From: Longimicrobiales bacterium
Lineage (GTDB): Bacteria; Gemmatimonadota; Gemmatimonadetes; Longimicrobiales; RSA9
NCBI GenBank assembly: GCA_035513575.1
Contig: DATKBW010000157.1
Location: 14,831-78,830, forward strand
Direction: 5' to 3'
DNA length: 64,000 nt
Shown here: in pieces, positions 18,646 to 28,203 of the stretch
Layout: each line of letters begins with the position of its first letter
Numbering within the stretch: position 1 is the first letter of the stretch
Notes under the pieces: generated by a model
The model's input: the letters and a program-made list of their open reading frames with translations, nothing else
Database searches by the model: none
What the model was told of the DNA's origin: nothing
Program-made: the position numbers and the translations under genes

Positions 18646-21600
18646 GTGCAGGAGGCGGACCTGACGCGCGCGGCGACTCGGCTGCGCCTGTCTGTGGGGC
18701 TGGCGTATGCGACGCTCCTGCTGCTCCTGCTGTGGAGCCGCAGCCTCGCGCCACTGGCCCTGCTGGCGGCCACGGCCGCGCTCGGGGCGGCGGTGTGGTG
18801 GGCGCTGCGGGCGGACCGTCGCGATCTGCGGCGCACGCCGCTCGCGGTCGGGCTCGCGCTTCTGGCCCTGGCGCTTCTCTCCGCCACCGCCACGACGATC
18901 CGTCTCGAGGCCGCTGCGCGCAACTGGGAGAGGGTGACGACGGCGCGCAGCGAGGCGCTGACGGGGCGTCTGGCGAACCGGGTGGAAGGGGCGCTGGCGC
19001 GCGCGGATGCAGCGGCGCGGCAGGCCGCTTCGGCGCGGGACGCGGCGCTGTTCGACACGCTGGCGGCGATCCGGGATCGGACGCGGGTGGAAGCCGTCGT
19101 GGTGGTGAACGCGTCGGATGAGCCGGTGGCGTGGGCCGGGGACCACCGGGGCCGCCTCCCGCCGGCCGTCCTCGCGCTGGATTCGGGGACGGTCTACCCC
19201 GGCGGTCCCCTGTTCGGCTACCTGTATCGGGTGGCGGAATCGCGGGGCGGGCGTCGGGCGGTATCGGCGGTGCTGCTCCAGTCGGGCCCGCCGCTGCGGC
19301 GGGACACGGACGCGCTGGCGGAGCGGTTCCGGGCGGTGACGGGCGAGAGGCCGCGGTTCATGGCGCCCGGGGAACCGTCCGGAGACTGGGCGCTCCGCGT
19401 CGGCGGCCGGGAGATCGTGACGGCGCGCCTGGCGCCCCTGAGCCAGGGCGAGTGGCGGGGTCGCGTCGCGCGCACGGGCCGCCGCTTGGTGTTCTTCCTC
19501 GGTCTCGTGGCGCTGTCGCTCCTGGCGGTGACGTGGATGCGGACGCTCCGGGACCGCACCGGTCCGGCGGGGCTGGCGCCGATCGGCGCGCTGAGCCTCA
19601 TGCTGATGGCGGCCCCCCTCGGCCGGACGCTCGGCCTGGAGCGTCTCTTCTCCCCGGCGGTGTTCGTCCTGCCGATCCCGGGCGATTTCGTGATCGAGGG
19701 CGTGATCGTGGTCCTCCTCCCGCTGGCGGCGGTGGTGTCCACGCTGCGGCGCTCCGCGGTCAGTCCGAAGGAGCTGTGGCTGCGGCTGGCGATCGGCGGC
19801 GCGCTGGTGGGGGGCGGGTTCGCGGTGCTCAGCGGGATCCTGAGCGCCAGCGCCGGGGCGCCACTGCTGACGGGCGGGGGGTACCTCTGGTACGTGCTCC
19901 AGCCCACGTCCGTGGTGCTGCTGACCATTCTCGCGGTGCTGCTGATGCCTCGCAGCGCCCCGGACGAGGATGTCCGGCGCCCGCTCCTGTACGGCGCCGC
20001 GGCCATCGCGGCGTCGGTGGTGCTGGCGCTGGCGGTGGCCGCGTCATGGCAGCCGCCTTCGCCGGTGCCCACGCCGCTGCTGTTCGCGTGGTCGATTCCC
20101 TTCGTGCTCGGTGCCCGCGCCGTGGCCGGGTACGACGGGCGAGCGGACCGGCTGATCCGCTGGCTGGCGGCGGGTTGGCTGGCGTCCTCGGCGGTCATCC
20201 CGCACCTGTGGCTCACCAGCCAGGAGTCGCGGCTGCGGCAGGCGGAAGCGGAGGTCGAGTCCTTCGGCGTACGGGGCGACCCCTACCTCAGCTACCTGCT
20301 GGTTCGATTCACGGACGCGCTGTCCGGCGCCGCCGCGAGGGGGGAGCAGGGCGTGGAGCTGTTGTATGACGCCTGGGTCTCCAGCGGACTCGCGGGAGAG
20401 CCGTATCCGCTGGAGCTGTCGGCGTGGGACTCGACCACCACGCGCGTGGCCCACCTGCCGCTCGGCGTGCGCGTCGAACCGGACGGCCTCGCCGCCGCCG
20501 GGTTGCGGAGCACGGTCCTGTCGGCGGTAGCGACCGGACAGCCCCGCAACGAGCCGGCGGAAGGGGGCGGCGTCAGCCGGGTCCTGGCGGTCCCGCTTTC
20601 GGGGGGGCGCGTCGTCACGGTCGCGGTGGCCCCGCGGGTAAGCCTCCGGCCGACCTCCGCGCTGGCGGCCTTCGTGGAAGGCGAGCCGCGGCAGGACGCG
20701 GTGCTGGAGCTGATCCCCACGCCCGGCGCAGGGACGCTGAAGGAGGGGGTGGTTCGCTGGCAGAGGACGGAGGAGGGTTGGCGGAGCGAGACGCTGCTGC
20801 GGGAAGGGCGGGACCTCTATCACGGTCACCTGTCGATCCGGATGCCGCCGCCGGGGGTCCGCCTGGCGCGCGGGATGCTGCTGATGGCGGGGAACCTCCT
20901 CCTCCTCACGCTGCTCTGGCTGCTCGGCCGTCTTGCGCGCGGGGACCCGCCGTCGCCGCCGGGCGGATGGCTGGGCTGGCTGGCGGGATTCCGGGCGCGC
21001 CTCATCGCATCCCTCTTCGCGTTCTTCCTCATGCCGACGGCGGTGTTCGGCTGGGCGGCCTACGAGGCGCTCTCGGAGGAGGTGACGCGTGCGGCCCGGC
21101 AGGTTGCGGAGCGGGCGGTCGTGCAGGCCTCGTCGGTCCTTCCCCAGCTGGGTCTCGATGAAGCGGCGCGCCGGATCGGGGAGGACCTGCTGTATTACGA
21201 GGGCGGCGCGCTGAGAGCGTCCTCGTTCCCGGAGGCCGTGGAGCTGGGACTCTACACGGCCTGGCTGCCGCCCGGGATCTTCCGCCGCATGCGGGCGGGG
21301 GAAGCGCTGGAAGCGACGGAGATGGGCGAGCTGGCGGGGCGATCCTATCTCGTGGCCTACCGGCGGCTCCAGAGCGCCCGGGAGGCGGTGGCGGTGCCGG
21401 TCTGGCTCGCGGCGCGGGATGTCGCCGTACGGCAGCGGGAGTTCGCCCACCTCGCGCTGTTCGGCGCGCTGGTGGGGGCGGTGCTCTCGCTCACGCTGTC
21501 CATCGCCGTGGGCCGTGCGCTGGCGCGGCCGATCGGCGAGCTTCGGCGGGCGGCTTCGGCGGTGGGGCGGGGACACCTGCGGGTGCGGCTGCCGGAGCAG

Positions 21601-22428
21601 CGCCCGGACGAGTTCGGCGATCTGTTCACCTCCTTCAACCGCATGACCCGGCGGCTCCGCCGCGCGCGGGCTCAGGAGCTGCGTACGGCGCGGATCCTGG
21701 CGTGGGGCGAGATGGCGCGACAGGTCGCCCACGAGATCAAGAATCCCCTGACACCGATCAAGCTGTCGGTTCAGCACCTGCGGCGTGCGTACCAGGATCG
21801 GCGCGAGGACTTCGAGCCGATCCTGGACCGGAACGTCGAGCAGATCCTGGTGGAGATCGAGCGGCTGACGGAGATCGCACGGGCGTTCTCGCGCTATGGC
21901 GCGCCCGAAGAGATCGCGGGGGCCACGGAGGGCGTGGACCTGGCGACGGTCGCGCGGGATGTCCTGACGCTGTACAGCGCACCCGACCGGAACGTCTCGT
22001 ACCGTCTGCGCGTGGAGTGCATGGACTGCCGGGCCCGGGTGCGCGGCTCGGAATTGCGGGAGGTGCTGGTCAACCTGCTGGAGAACGCCCGGGCGGCGGT
22101 CGGCGAGTCCGGTCGGGTGGAAGTGGTGATCCGGGAGGAGGACGGGGACGAGGAGCGGCTGTCCCTCGAAGTGCGAGACGACGGCGAGGGGATCCCGCCG
22201 GATCAGCTGCCGCGGATCTTCGACCCGCACTTCTCCACACGCTCCTCGGGAACCGGCCTCGGCCTCGCCATCGTCCGGCGGCTGGTGGAGAGCTGGGGCG
22301 GGGAGATCCGCGCAGACAGCGAGCTGGACGAGGGGACCGCGATCAGGCTGCTGCTGGAGAAAGAGCCGGCGCCGGCCCCCCGCAGGGAGACCGGCGCCGG
22401 AAAGGGCGGGGACCGGCCCTCAGGCTAG
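18646..22428 (+). CDS. large multi-pass sensor histidine kinase (NtrY-like C-terminal module)
   Basis: The C-terminus carries a HAMP-like segment (ARPIGELRRAA...FGDLFTSFNRM), the H-box WGEMARQVAHEIKNPLTPIKLS, and N/G boxes (LVNLLENA, DDGEGIP, GTGLGLAIVRRLV). The preceding ~830 aa hold many hydrophobic helices and three soluble segments. Start is uncertain: GTG 18646, or GTG 18694. Confidence 0.85.
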   Translation: MQEADLTRAATRLRLSVGLAYATLLLLLLWSRSLAPLALLAATAALGAAVWWALRADRRDLRRTPLAVGLALLALALLSATATTIRLEAAARNWERVTTARSEALTGRLANRVEGALARADAAARQAASARDAALFDTLAAIRDRTRVEAVVVVNASDEPVAWAGDHRGRLPPAVLALDSGTVYPGGPLFGYLYRVAESRGGRRAVSAVLLQSGPPLRRDTDALAERFRAVTGERPRFMAPGEPSGDWALRVGGREIVTARLAPLSQGEWRGRVARTGRRLVFFLGLVALSLLAVTWMRTLRDRTGPAGLAPIGALSLMLMAAPLGRTLGLERLFSPAVFVLPIPGDFVIEGVIVVLLPLAAVVSTLRRSAVSPKELWLRLAIGGALVGGGFAVLSGILSASAGAPLLTGGGYLWYVLQPTSVVLLTILAVLLMPRSAPDEDVRRPLLYGAAAIAASVVLALAVAASWQPPSPVPTPLLFAWSIPFVLGARAVAGYDGRADRLIRWLAAGWLASSAVIPHLWLTSQESRLRQAEAEVESFGVRGDPYLSYLLVRFTDALSGAAARGEQGVELLYDAWVSSGLAGEPYPLELSAWDSTTTRVAHLPLGVRVEPDGLAAAGLRSTVLSAVATGQPRNEPAEGGGVSRVLAVPLSGGRVVTVAVAPRVSLRPTSALAAFVEGEPRQDAVLELIPTPGAGTLKEGVVRWQRTEEGWRSETLLREGRDLYHGHLSIRMPPPGVRLARGMLLMAGNLLLLTLLWLLGRLARGDPPSPPGGWLGWLAGFRARLIASLFAFFLMPTAVFGWAAYEALSEEVTRAARQVAERAVVQASSVLPQLGLDEAARRIGEDLLYYEGGALRASSFPEAVELGLYTAWLPPGIFRRMRAGEALEATEMGELAGRSYLVAYRRLQSAREAVAVPVWLAARDVAVRQREFAHLALFGALVGAVLSLTLSIAVGRALARPIGELRRAASAVGRGHLRVRLPEQRPDEFGDLFTSFNRMTRRLRRARAQELRTARILAWGEMARQVAHEIKNPLTPIKLSVQHLRRAYQDRREDFEPILDRNVEQILVEIERLTEIARAFSRYGAPEEIAGATEGVDLATVARDVLTLYSAPDRNVSYRLRVECMDCRARVRGSELREVLVNLLENARAAVGESGRVEVVIREEDGDEERLSLEVRDDGEGIPPDQLPRIFDPHFSTRSSGTGLGLAIVRRLVESWGGEIRADSELDEGTAIRLLLEKEPAPAPRRETGAGKGGDRPSG

Positions 22429-23906
22429 CGGACCCGGAAGCTGCGGACACCGACGTTCCCGGTGACCACGCTCCGGATCCTCAGCACCACGATATCGCCC
22501 GGATCGACGTCGGATACGGCGCGCTCGAGATCCCGGACGGACCGCACCGGCTGGCGATTGAACTCCAGAATGACGTCGCCCTCCTGGAGCACACGGCCAC
22601 CGGACCCGTTCGGATTGACGCGCGTCACCACCAGGCCATCTGTCCCGGGCTCGAGGCCGAGCTGACCGCGCAGCTGCGGCGTCAGCGGCGAGACGGTGAA
22701 GCCCAGGGTCTGCTCCGGGGTGGCAAGGGCGGCCGCGACCCGCCGGGGCTGCTCGGGACGGTCGAACTCGGCGAGGCGGATGGGGACCTGGATGCGGCGG
22801 CGGTCCCGCACGATCTCCAGCGTCACCCTGTCGCCCGGCTCCAGACGGGCCAGGCGTGTGGTGAGCTCGGTGCTGCTCTCGATCGCTTCGCCGTCGACGG
22901 CCACGACCACGTCCTCCGGTCGGATCCCCGCCTCTTGCGCAGGCCCGCCAGGGCTCACCTCGGTCACGTAGGCGCCGGCGATCCGGTCCAGCCCGTACAG
23001 CTCCGCCTGCGCCTCGCCCACATCCTGGATCAGGACGCCGATCCGCGGGCGCCGGACATACCCGTGCTCGATCAGGTCCCGGGCCGCGCGCACCGCGATG
23101 GCCGATGGGACCGCGAAACCGTTCCCCGCGTAGTTGCCGGTGGGCGAGTAGATGGCGGTGTTCACGCCGACCAGGCGGCCGAAGAGGTCCACGAGAGGCC
23201 CGCCAGAGTTCCCGCGATTGATGGCCGCATCGGTCTGGATGAACGCCTCGAGGCGGAGGTCGCTGTCGATGATCCCGAGGCTGCGGCCCTTGGCGCTGAC
23301 GATCCCGGCGGTCACGGTGAAGCCGAGGTCGAGCGGGTTGCCGAGGGCGAGCACCCAGTCGCCCACCTGGAGCCGATCGGAGTCACCGATCTCGAGGGGC
23401 GCGAACTCCTCGCCCCGCCGGGGCTCGATCTTCACCACCGCGATGTCCGTGTTCGGGTCGCGCCCGACCACCTCCGCGCCGGAATAGACCCGGCCATCGG
23501 GGAAGCGGACATCGATCTCCGTGGCATCGGCCACCACGTGGTTGTTCGTGATGATGTGGCCGGCGCTGCTGAAGACGAACCCCGACCCGGTGCCGGTCTG
23601 GGGCACGCCCTGGCCCTGGTCGGGGGCGCCGAACGGGAAGGGGAAGGGGCTCTGACGCCCCCGGGATGGCCGTGCCGTGACATTGATCGTGACCACGCTG
23701 GGAAGCGCGCGGGCGGCGGCCGCCCGGAACGTGCCGGAGAGGGAAGCGGCGGTGCCGGTGTCGACCACGGCCGGGATGTCGCCGATCTGCTCGCGGAGCT
23801 CCCGGGACGTCCTCTCCTGCGCGAGGGCGTCGCCCCGTCCGCACCCTGCCAGCATGACGAGGGACGCCGCGACGATCCTGCGCACCGTGATGCCCTGCCC
23901 ATCCAT
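22425..23906 (-). CDS. htrA: Do/DegP/HtrA-family serine endoprotease with two PDZ domains
   Basis: Catalytic triad context GHIITNNHVV, NTDIAVVKI, GNSGGPLVD, followed by two PDZ-like segments. N-terminal signal/anchor VAASLVMLAGC. Confidence 0.93.
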   Translation of the reverse strand: MDGQGITVRRIVAASLVMLAGCGRGDALAQERTSRELREQIGDIPAVVDTGTAASLSGTFRAAAARALPSVVTINVTARPSRGRQSPFPFPFGAPDQGQGVPQTGTGSGFVFSSAGHIITNNHVVADATEIDVRFPDGRVYSGAEVVGRDPNTDIAVVKIEPRRGEEFAPLEIGDSDRLQVGDWVLALGNPLDLGFTVTAGIVSAKGRSLGIIDSDLRLEAFIQTDAAINRGNSGGPLVDLFGRLVGVNTAIYSPTGNYAGNGFAVPSAIAVRAARDLIEHGYVRRPRIGVLIQDVGEAQAELYGLDRIAGAYVTEVSPGGPAQEAGIRPEDVVVAVDGEAIESSTELTTRLARLEPGDRVTLEIVRDRRRIQVPIRLAEFDRPEQPRRVAAALATPEQTLGFTVSPLTPQLRGQLGLEPGTDGLVVTRVNPNGSGGRVLQEGDVILEFNRQPVRSVRDLERAVSDVDPGDIVVLRIRSVVTGNVGVRSFRVR

Positions 23907-24168
23907 CAGATACCTCCTCGGTTTGACTCGATCCCGCCAGGCCGGAGCTCACTCCGCCGCAGGCGTCGTGCCGATCCCGCTCGACCCTCCATCCCATAGT
24001 TCGCCGATCGAGTCTCTTTGTTCCGCCGCGCGGCGGAAGCGTCATGGCGGTTCGATGACGGCGTCGCCCGCGACCGTTGCCCAACGAACCGCCTGCTCGG
24101 GGCGTCAGTATGATCGGACGAGGCCGGGACGGACGGCACGCCGGCGGCGGAACCACGGAAGGGATGGA

Positions 24169-25485
24169 ATGAGGACCAGATCAGGAGTCGTGGCCGTGCT
24201 GGCCGTGCTGGCTTTCGCGGTGGCGGTGCCGGCGGAGGGCCAGGAGGTTCCCCGTACGGAAGCGGTGGATACCGTTTCGCTGGAAGAAGCGGTGGCGCGG
24301 GCGCTGGACACGAGCCCCCAGGTCGTGCAGGCGGAGCGTGGGCTCGGATCGGCCGGGTTCGGGACGAAGCAGGCGTACGCCTCGCTCCTGCCGAACCTGT
24401 CGCTGTCCACGGGCGCATCCCTCTCGAGCTCCGACCGGTTCGATCAGACGACGGGGCTCTGGGTCTCGAACCAGAGCGACAGCTACAACGCCGGCCTCTC
24501 CGCGAGCATGGACGTCTTCAGCGGCGGCCGCAACCTGGCGGCGGTGCGGAGCGCCCGGGCGACGGTGGAGGCCGCCGGGGCCACGTTGGTGACCCGGCGC
24601 TTCGCCGTGGCGCTGGAGGCGAAGCGCGCGTTCTTCGCGGTGCTGAGGGCGGAAGACCTGATCCGGCTGAACCAGGAGCGGATCGCACAGGCCCGGGAGC
24701 AGCTCCAGGCGGCGGAGCGGCGGCTGCAGGCCGGTCGCGCCACGCGCTCCGACGCGCTCCGGGCGCAGCTCCAGCTGTCCAACGCCCGACAGGCGCTGCT
24801 GAACGCCGAAACCCAGCGTCGCACGGCGATGTACGCGCTGGGCCAGCTCGTGGGTGTGGCGGGCCCGGTCGCGGCGGCCCCGCCCGCCACGCTGGCCCCG
24901 GAAACGCTGGCGCTCACTCCGGCCGAAATGCGGGAGCTCGTGCGGGCGGCAGCACCGGCCGTGATCGCGTCGGACGCCACGCTGGGGGTCGCGGAAGCGG
25001 CCCTGTCGCAAGCCCGGGCGCAGTACTTCCCGTCCGTGGGCGTGAGCGGGGGGTACAACTGGTCGAACACGGAATTCGGCCTGAACCAGGGGCGCACCAG
25101 CTGGAACACGCGCGTGAACCTCTCCTACCCGCTGTTCAACGGGCTGCAACGGGAGGTGTCCGTAGACCGGGCGCACGCGCAGCTGGAGGTCGCGGAGGCC
25201 GAGGCGGCGGAAGCGCGGCGCGCGGCGCTGGCCGGGCTCGAGCGTCTGATGGCGGCGCTCGAGCTCGCGGCGCTCGAGCTCGTGATCCTGGACGAGTCCG
25301 TGGCGGTGGCGGAGGAAGACTACCGCGTGCAGCGGGAGCGGTACGAGCACGGCGCGGCGACGATCCTGGAGCTGGTGTCGTCGCAGATCGCGCGCATGCA
25401 GGCCGAGCACGACCTGATCAACGCGCGGTACGATTACCAGATCGCCAAGGCGGAGCTGGAGTCGCTGCTGGGACGGGAGCTGTGA
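24169..25485 (+). CDS. TolC-family outer membrane efflux protein (second copy)
   Basis: Signal peptide MRTRSGVVAVLAVLAFAVAVPAEGQ. OEP repeats (VSLEEAVARALDTSPQV, LLPNLSLSTGAS, YFPSVGVSGGY). Confidence 0.9.
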   Translation: MRTRSGVVAVLAVLAFAVAVPAEGQEVPRTEAVDTVSLEEAVARALDTSPQVVQAERGLGSAGFGTKQAYASLLPNLSLSTGASLSSSDRFDQTTGLWVSNQSDSYNAGLSASMDVFSGGRNLAAVRSARATVEAAGATLVTRRFAVALEAKRAFFAVLRAEDLIRLNQERIAQAREQLQAAERRLQAGRATRSDALRAQLQLSNARQALLNAETQRRTAMYALGQLVGVAGPVAAAPPATLAPETLALTPAEMRELVRAAAPAVIASDATLGVAEAALSQARAQYFPSVGVSGGYNWSNTEFGLNQGRTSWNTRVNLSYPLFNGLQREVSVDRAHAQLEVAEAEAAEARRAALAGLERLMAALELAALELVILDESVAVAEEDYRVQRERYEHGAATILELVSSQIARMQAEHDLINARYDYQIAKAELESLLGREL

Positions 25486-26978
25486 TGAGACGGAATCCCA
25501 GGTCGAACCGGAGGGGTGAAGTGGGCGAACGGTGGACGCAGGGGCGGCGGGTCACGCTGGCGGTGCTGGCGTCGCTCGGGCTGGCGGCGTGCTCGGACTC
25601 CCGTGCGTCCGTCGGCGGTGAGACGAACGGTGAGGAAGTGGCCACGGTGGAGCGGGGCGACCTGGAGATCCGGGTGGAGGCCTCCGGCGCGGTCGAGCCG
25701 ATCCTGGTGGTGGAAGTGAAGTCGAAGGCATCGGGCGAGATCACGGCACTCCAAGTCGAGACGGGAGACCGGGTGGAGCGGGGGGCGCTGCTGGCCACGG
25801 TGGACCCGCGGGACGTCCGCAACACCTTCGCCCAGGCCGAGGCGGACCTGGAGGTGGCCCGGGCCCGGCTCCAGATCTCCGAGTCGCAGCAGGCGCGGGC
25901 GGACGAGCTGCGGAAGGCGAACGTGGTGACGCAACAGGAGCTCGAGCAGTCCGTCCTGGACGCGGCGAACGCACGGGCTCAGCTGATCAAGGCCCGGGTC
26001 AATCTCGACCTGGCGCGTGAGAAGATGGGCGACGTGACGATCCGCGCGCCGATCGCGGGGACGGTCATCCAGAAGACCGTCGAAGCGGGCCAGATCATCG
26101 CGTCCGCGAGCGGCAACGTCTCCGGGGGGACCACCCTGATGCTGATGGCGGACCTGTCCATGATGCAGGTGCGGACGCTGGTGGACGAGACGGACATCGG
26201 GAAGGTAGCGTCGGGGCAGGTCGCGCAGGTCCAGGTCGAGGCCCACCCGGGGCGGACGTTCACGGGCTCGGTCTACAAGATCGAGCCGCAGGCGGTCGTC
26301 GAGCAGAACGTCACGATGTTCCCCGTGCTGGTGCGCCTCGACAACCGTGAGGGGCTGCTGAAGCCGAACATGAACGCCGAGGTCGCCATCGAGGTGGCCA
26401 ACCGGTCCGATGTCCTGCTGGTCCCCAACGCTGCCGTCGTGGGAATGCAGGACGCCGCGGCCGCCGCCGCCATCTTCGGGATGGATGCGGAAACCATGCG
26501 GGAGCGAATGCAGTCGACCCGACCCGAGCCGCAGCGGGCCGGGGGAGCCGCGGCCGACGGCGGTGCCGACAGCGCGGCGACGGGCGGTGCGGACGGTGCC
26601 ACCGATTGCGGAACGCTGCTGGCCCGGGTCCGCGGCGGTGATCGGGGCTCTCTCTCCGAGGCGGAGCGCGCGCGGGTCCGGGAGTGCGTGCAGCAGTCCG
26701 GCGGCCGCGGCGGTCGGTTTGCGGGCGCGCGTTCCGCCGACCCCGACACGAGGGCGGCCGTGCTCTTCGTCCATGGCGCGACGGGGCCGGAGCCCCGTCT
26801 GGTGATGCTGGGGCTGAACGACTGGGACCGGACGGAGGTGGTGAGCGGGGTGGAGGAGGGGGAGAGAGTGGTGATGATGTCGGTGGCGCGGCTCCGTCAG
26901 CAGCAGGAAGAGCTGATGAACCGGATCCGGGAGCGGAGCAGCCCCATCCCGGGCGGCGGAGGCAGCCGTGGCCGGTAG
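25485..26978 (+). CDS. efflux transporter periplasmic adaptor subunit (HlyD/MacA family) with a ~100-aa low-complexity insertion
   Basis: Lipobox LGLAAC, biotinyl-lipoyl-like KSKASGEITAL...GDRVERGALLATVDP, coiled coil, IRAPIAGTV, FTGSVYKIEP. An insertion lies at about aa 321-425. Start ATG 25485 or GTG 25482 overlaps the tolC stop. Confidence 0.88.
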   Translation: MRRNPRSNRRGEVGERWTQGRRVTLAVLASLGLAACSDSRASVGGETNGEEVATVERGDLEIRVEASGAVEPILVVEVKSKASGEITALQVETGDRVERGALLATVDPRDVRNTFAQAEADLEVARARLQISESQQARADELRKANVVTQQELEQSVLDAANARAQLIKARVNLDLAREKMGDVTIRAPIAGTVIQKTVEAGQIIASASGNVSGGTTLMLMADLSMMQVRTLVDETDIGKVASGQVAQVQVEAHPGRTFTGSVYKIEPQAVVEQNVTMFPVLVRLDNREGLLKPNMNAEVAIEVANRSDVLLVPNAAVVGMQDAAAAAAIFGMDAETMRERMQSTRPEPQRAGGAAADGGADSAATGGADGATDCGTLLARVRGGDRGSLSEAERARVRECVQQSGGRGGRFAGARSADPDTRAAVLFVHGATGPEPRLVMLGLNDWDRTEVVSGVEEGERVVMMSVARLRQQQEELMNRIRERSSPIPGGGGSRGR

Positions 26979-26991
26979 GCACGGCTCGGCC

Positions 26992-28200
26992 ATGCTGCTG
27001 GGCGAGATCCTGAAGGTCGCCGTCGAGTCCATCCGCGTGAACAAGCTGCGCTCCTTCCTGACCATGCTCGGGATCATCATCGGGATCGCGGCGGTGATCA
27101 CGATGGTGGCGCTGGGCGAGGGAGCGCAGCGGCAGGTGCAGGACCGGATCGCAGGCCTGGGCGCGAACGTCCTGACGGTGCGCCCGGGTCAGAACTTCTT
27201 CGGTGGGGTGGACCGCGGCTCGGCGCGTCTCACGACGCAGGACGCGGAAGCGATCGTGGCGGGAGCTCCGTCGGTCCGCGCGGTAGCGCCCGAGATGGAG
27301 CGGCGGCAGCAGGCGGAGTTCGGGCGCGGCAACGCCAACCTGTCGGTGGTCGGCTCGTGGCCGAGCTACTTCGAGATCCAGAACATGCGGGTGACGGTGG
27401 GGCGGATATTCACGCCGGGCGAGGAACGGGGGCGTCGTCGTCTGGTGGTGATCGGATCCGCGGTGCCGGAGCGGCTCGGGAGCAGCCCGGCGGCGCTGCT
27501 GGGGCAGACGGTGCTGATCCGGGGCATCCCGTTCGAGGTGATCGGGATCCTGGCCGAAAAGGGGTCGCAGGGGTGGGACAACCCGGATGAGCGGCTCTAC
27601 ATCCCGCTCTCCACGGCGCAGTTCCGCGTATTCGGCTCGGAGTGGGTGCGCTCGATCAACGTGCAGGCGGTGAGCGCGGCCTCCATGGACGCGGCCATCT
27701 CCGAGATCGACCGGGTGCTGAGGCGGGCGCACCGGCTGGCGCCGGGCGTGGCCAGCGACTTCAACGTGCGGAACCAGGCATCGCTGATGGAGACGTTCGA
27801 GGAGACCACGCAGACGTTCACGTTCCTGCTTGCCGGGATCGCGCTGATCTCCCTGCTCGTGGGCGGGATCGGCATCATGAACATCATGCTGGTCTCGGTG
27901 ACCGAACGGACCCGGGAGATCGGCGTGCGGAAGGCGCTCGGGGCGAGGCGGCGGCACATCCTGCTGCAGTTCCTGATCGAGTCTCTCGTGCTCTGCACCG
28001 CGGGCGGGGCGGTGGGCGTCGCCGCCGGCTGGGGAGGCGCGCGGCTGCTCCAGCGGATGGCCGGCTGGGAGACCGTGGTGGCGCCGGAGGCAGTGGCGCT
28101 CGCATTCCTGTTCTCCGCGTTCGTCGGCATTTTCTTCGGGCTCTGGCCGGCCCGGCGGGCGGCGAGCCTGGACCCCATCGAATCCCTCCGCTACGAGTAG
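26992..28200 (+). CDS. ABC transporter permease, MacB/FtsX family
   Basis: MLLGEILKVAVESIRVNKLRSFLTMLGIIIGIAAV ... ERTREIGVRKALGARRRHILLQFLIES. ATG 26992 preferred over GTG 26968, which overlaps the adaptor gene. Confidence 0.9.
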   Translation: MLLGEILKVAVESIRVNKLRSFLTMLGIIIGIAAVITMVALGEGAQRQVQDRIAGLGANVLTVRPGQNFFGGVDRGSARLTTQDAEAIVAGAPSVRAVAPEMERRQQAEFGRGNANLSVVGSWPSYFEIQNMRVTVGRIFTPGEERGRRRLVVIGSAVPERLGSSPAALLGQTVLIRGIPFEVIGILAEKGSQGWDNPDERLYIPLSTAQFRVFGSEWVRSINVQAVSAASMDAAISEIDRVLRRAHRLAPGVASDFNVRNQASLMETFEETTQTFTFLLAGIALISLLVGGIGIMNIMLVSVTERTREIGVRKALGARRRHILLQFLIESLVLCTAGGAVGVAAGWGGARLLQRMAGWETVVAPEAVALAFLFSAFVGIFFGLWPARRAASLDPIESLRYE

Positions 28201-28203
28201 CCG

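Noticed and set aside
24000-24024. GGAAC (minus strand, 24024-24020) followed 16 nt later by CGAACT upstream of htrA, as an ECF/sigma-E-type promoter.
   Set aside because: Only the -35 pentamer resembles the ECF consensus. The -10 part does not match a known ECF -10 convincingly, and the site is about 115 nt from the ATG. It is plausible biologically but not supported by the sequence alone.
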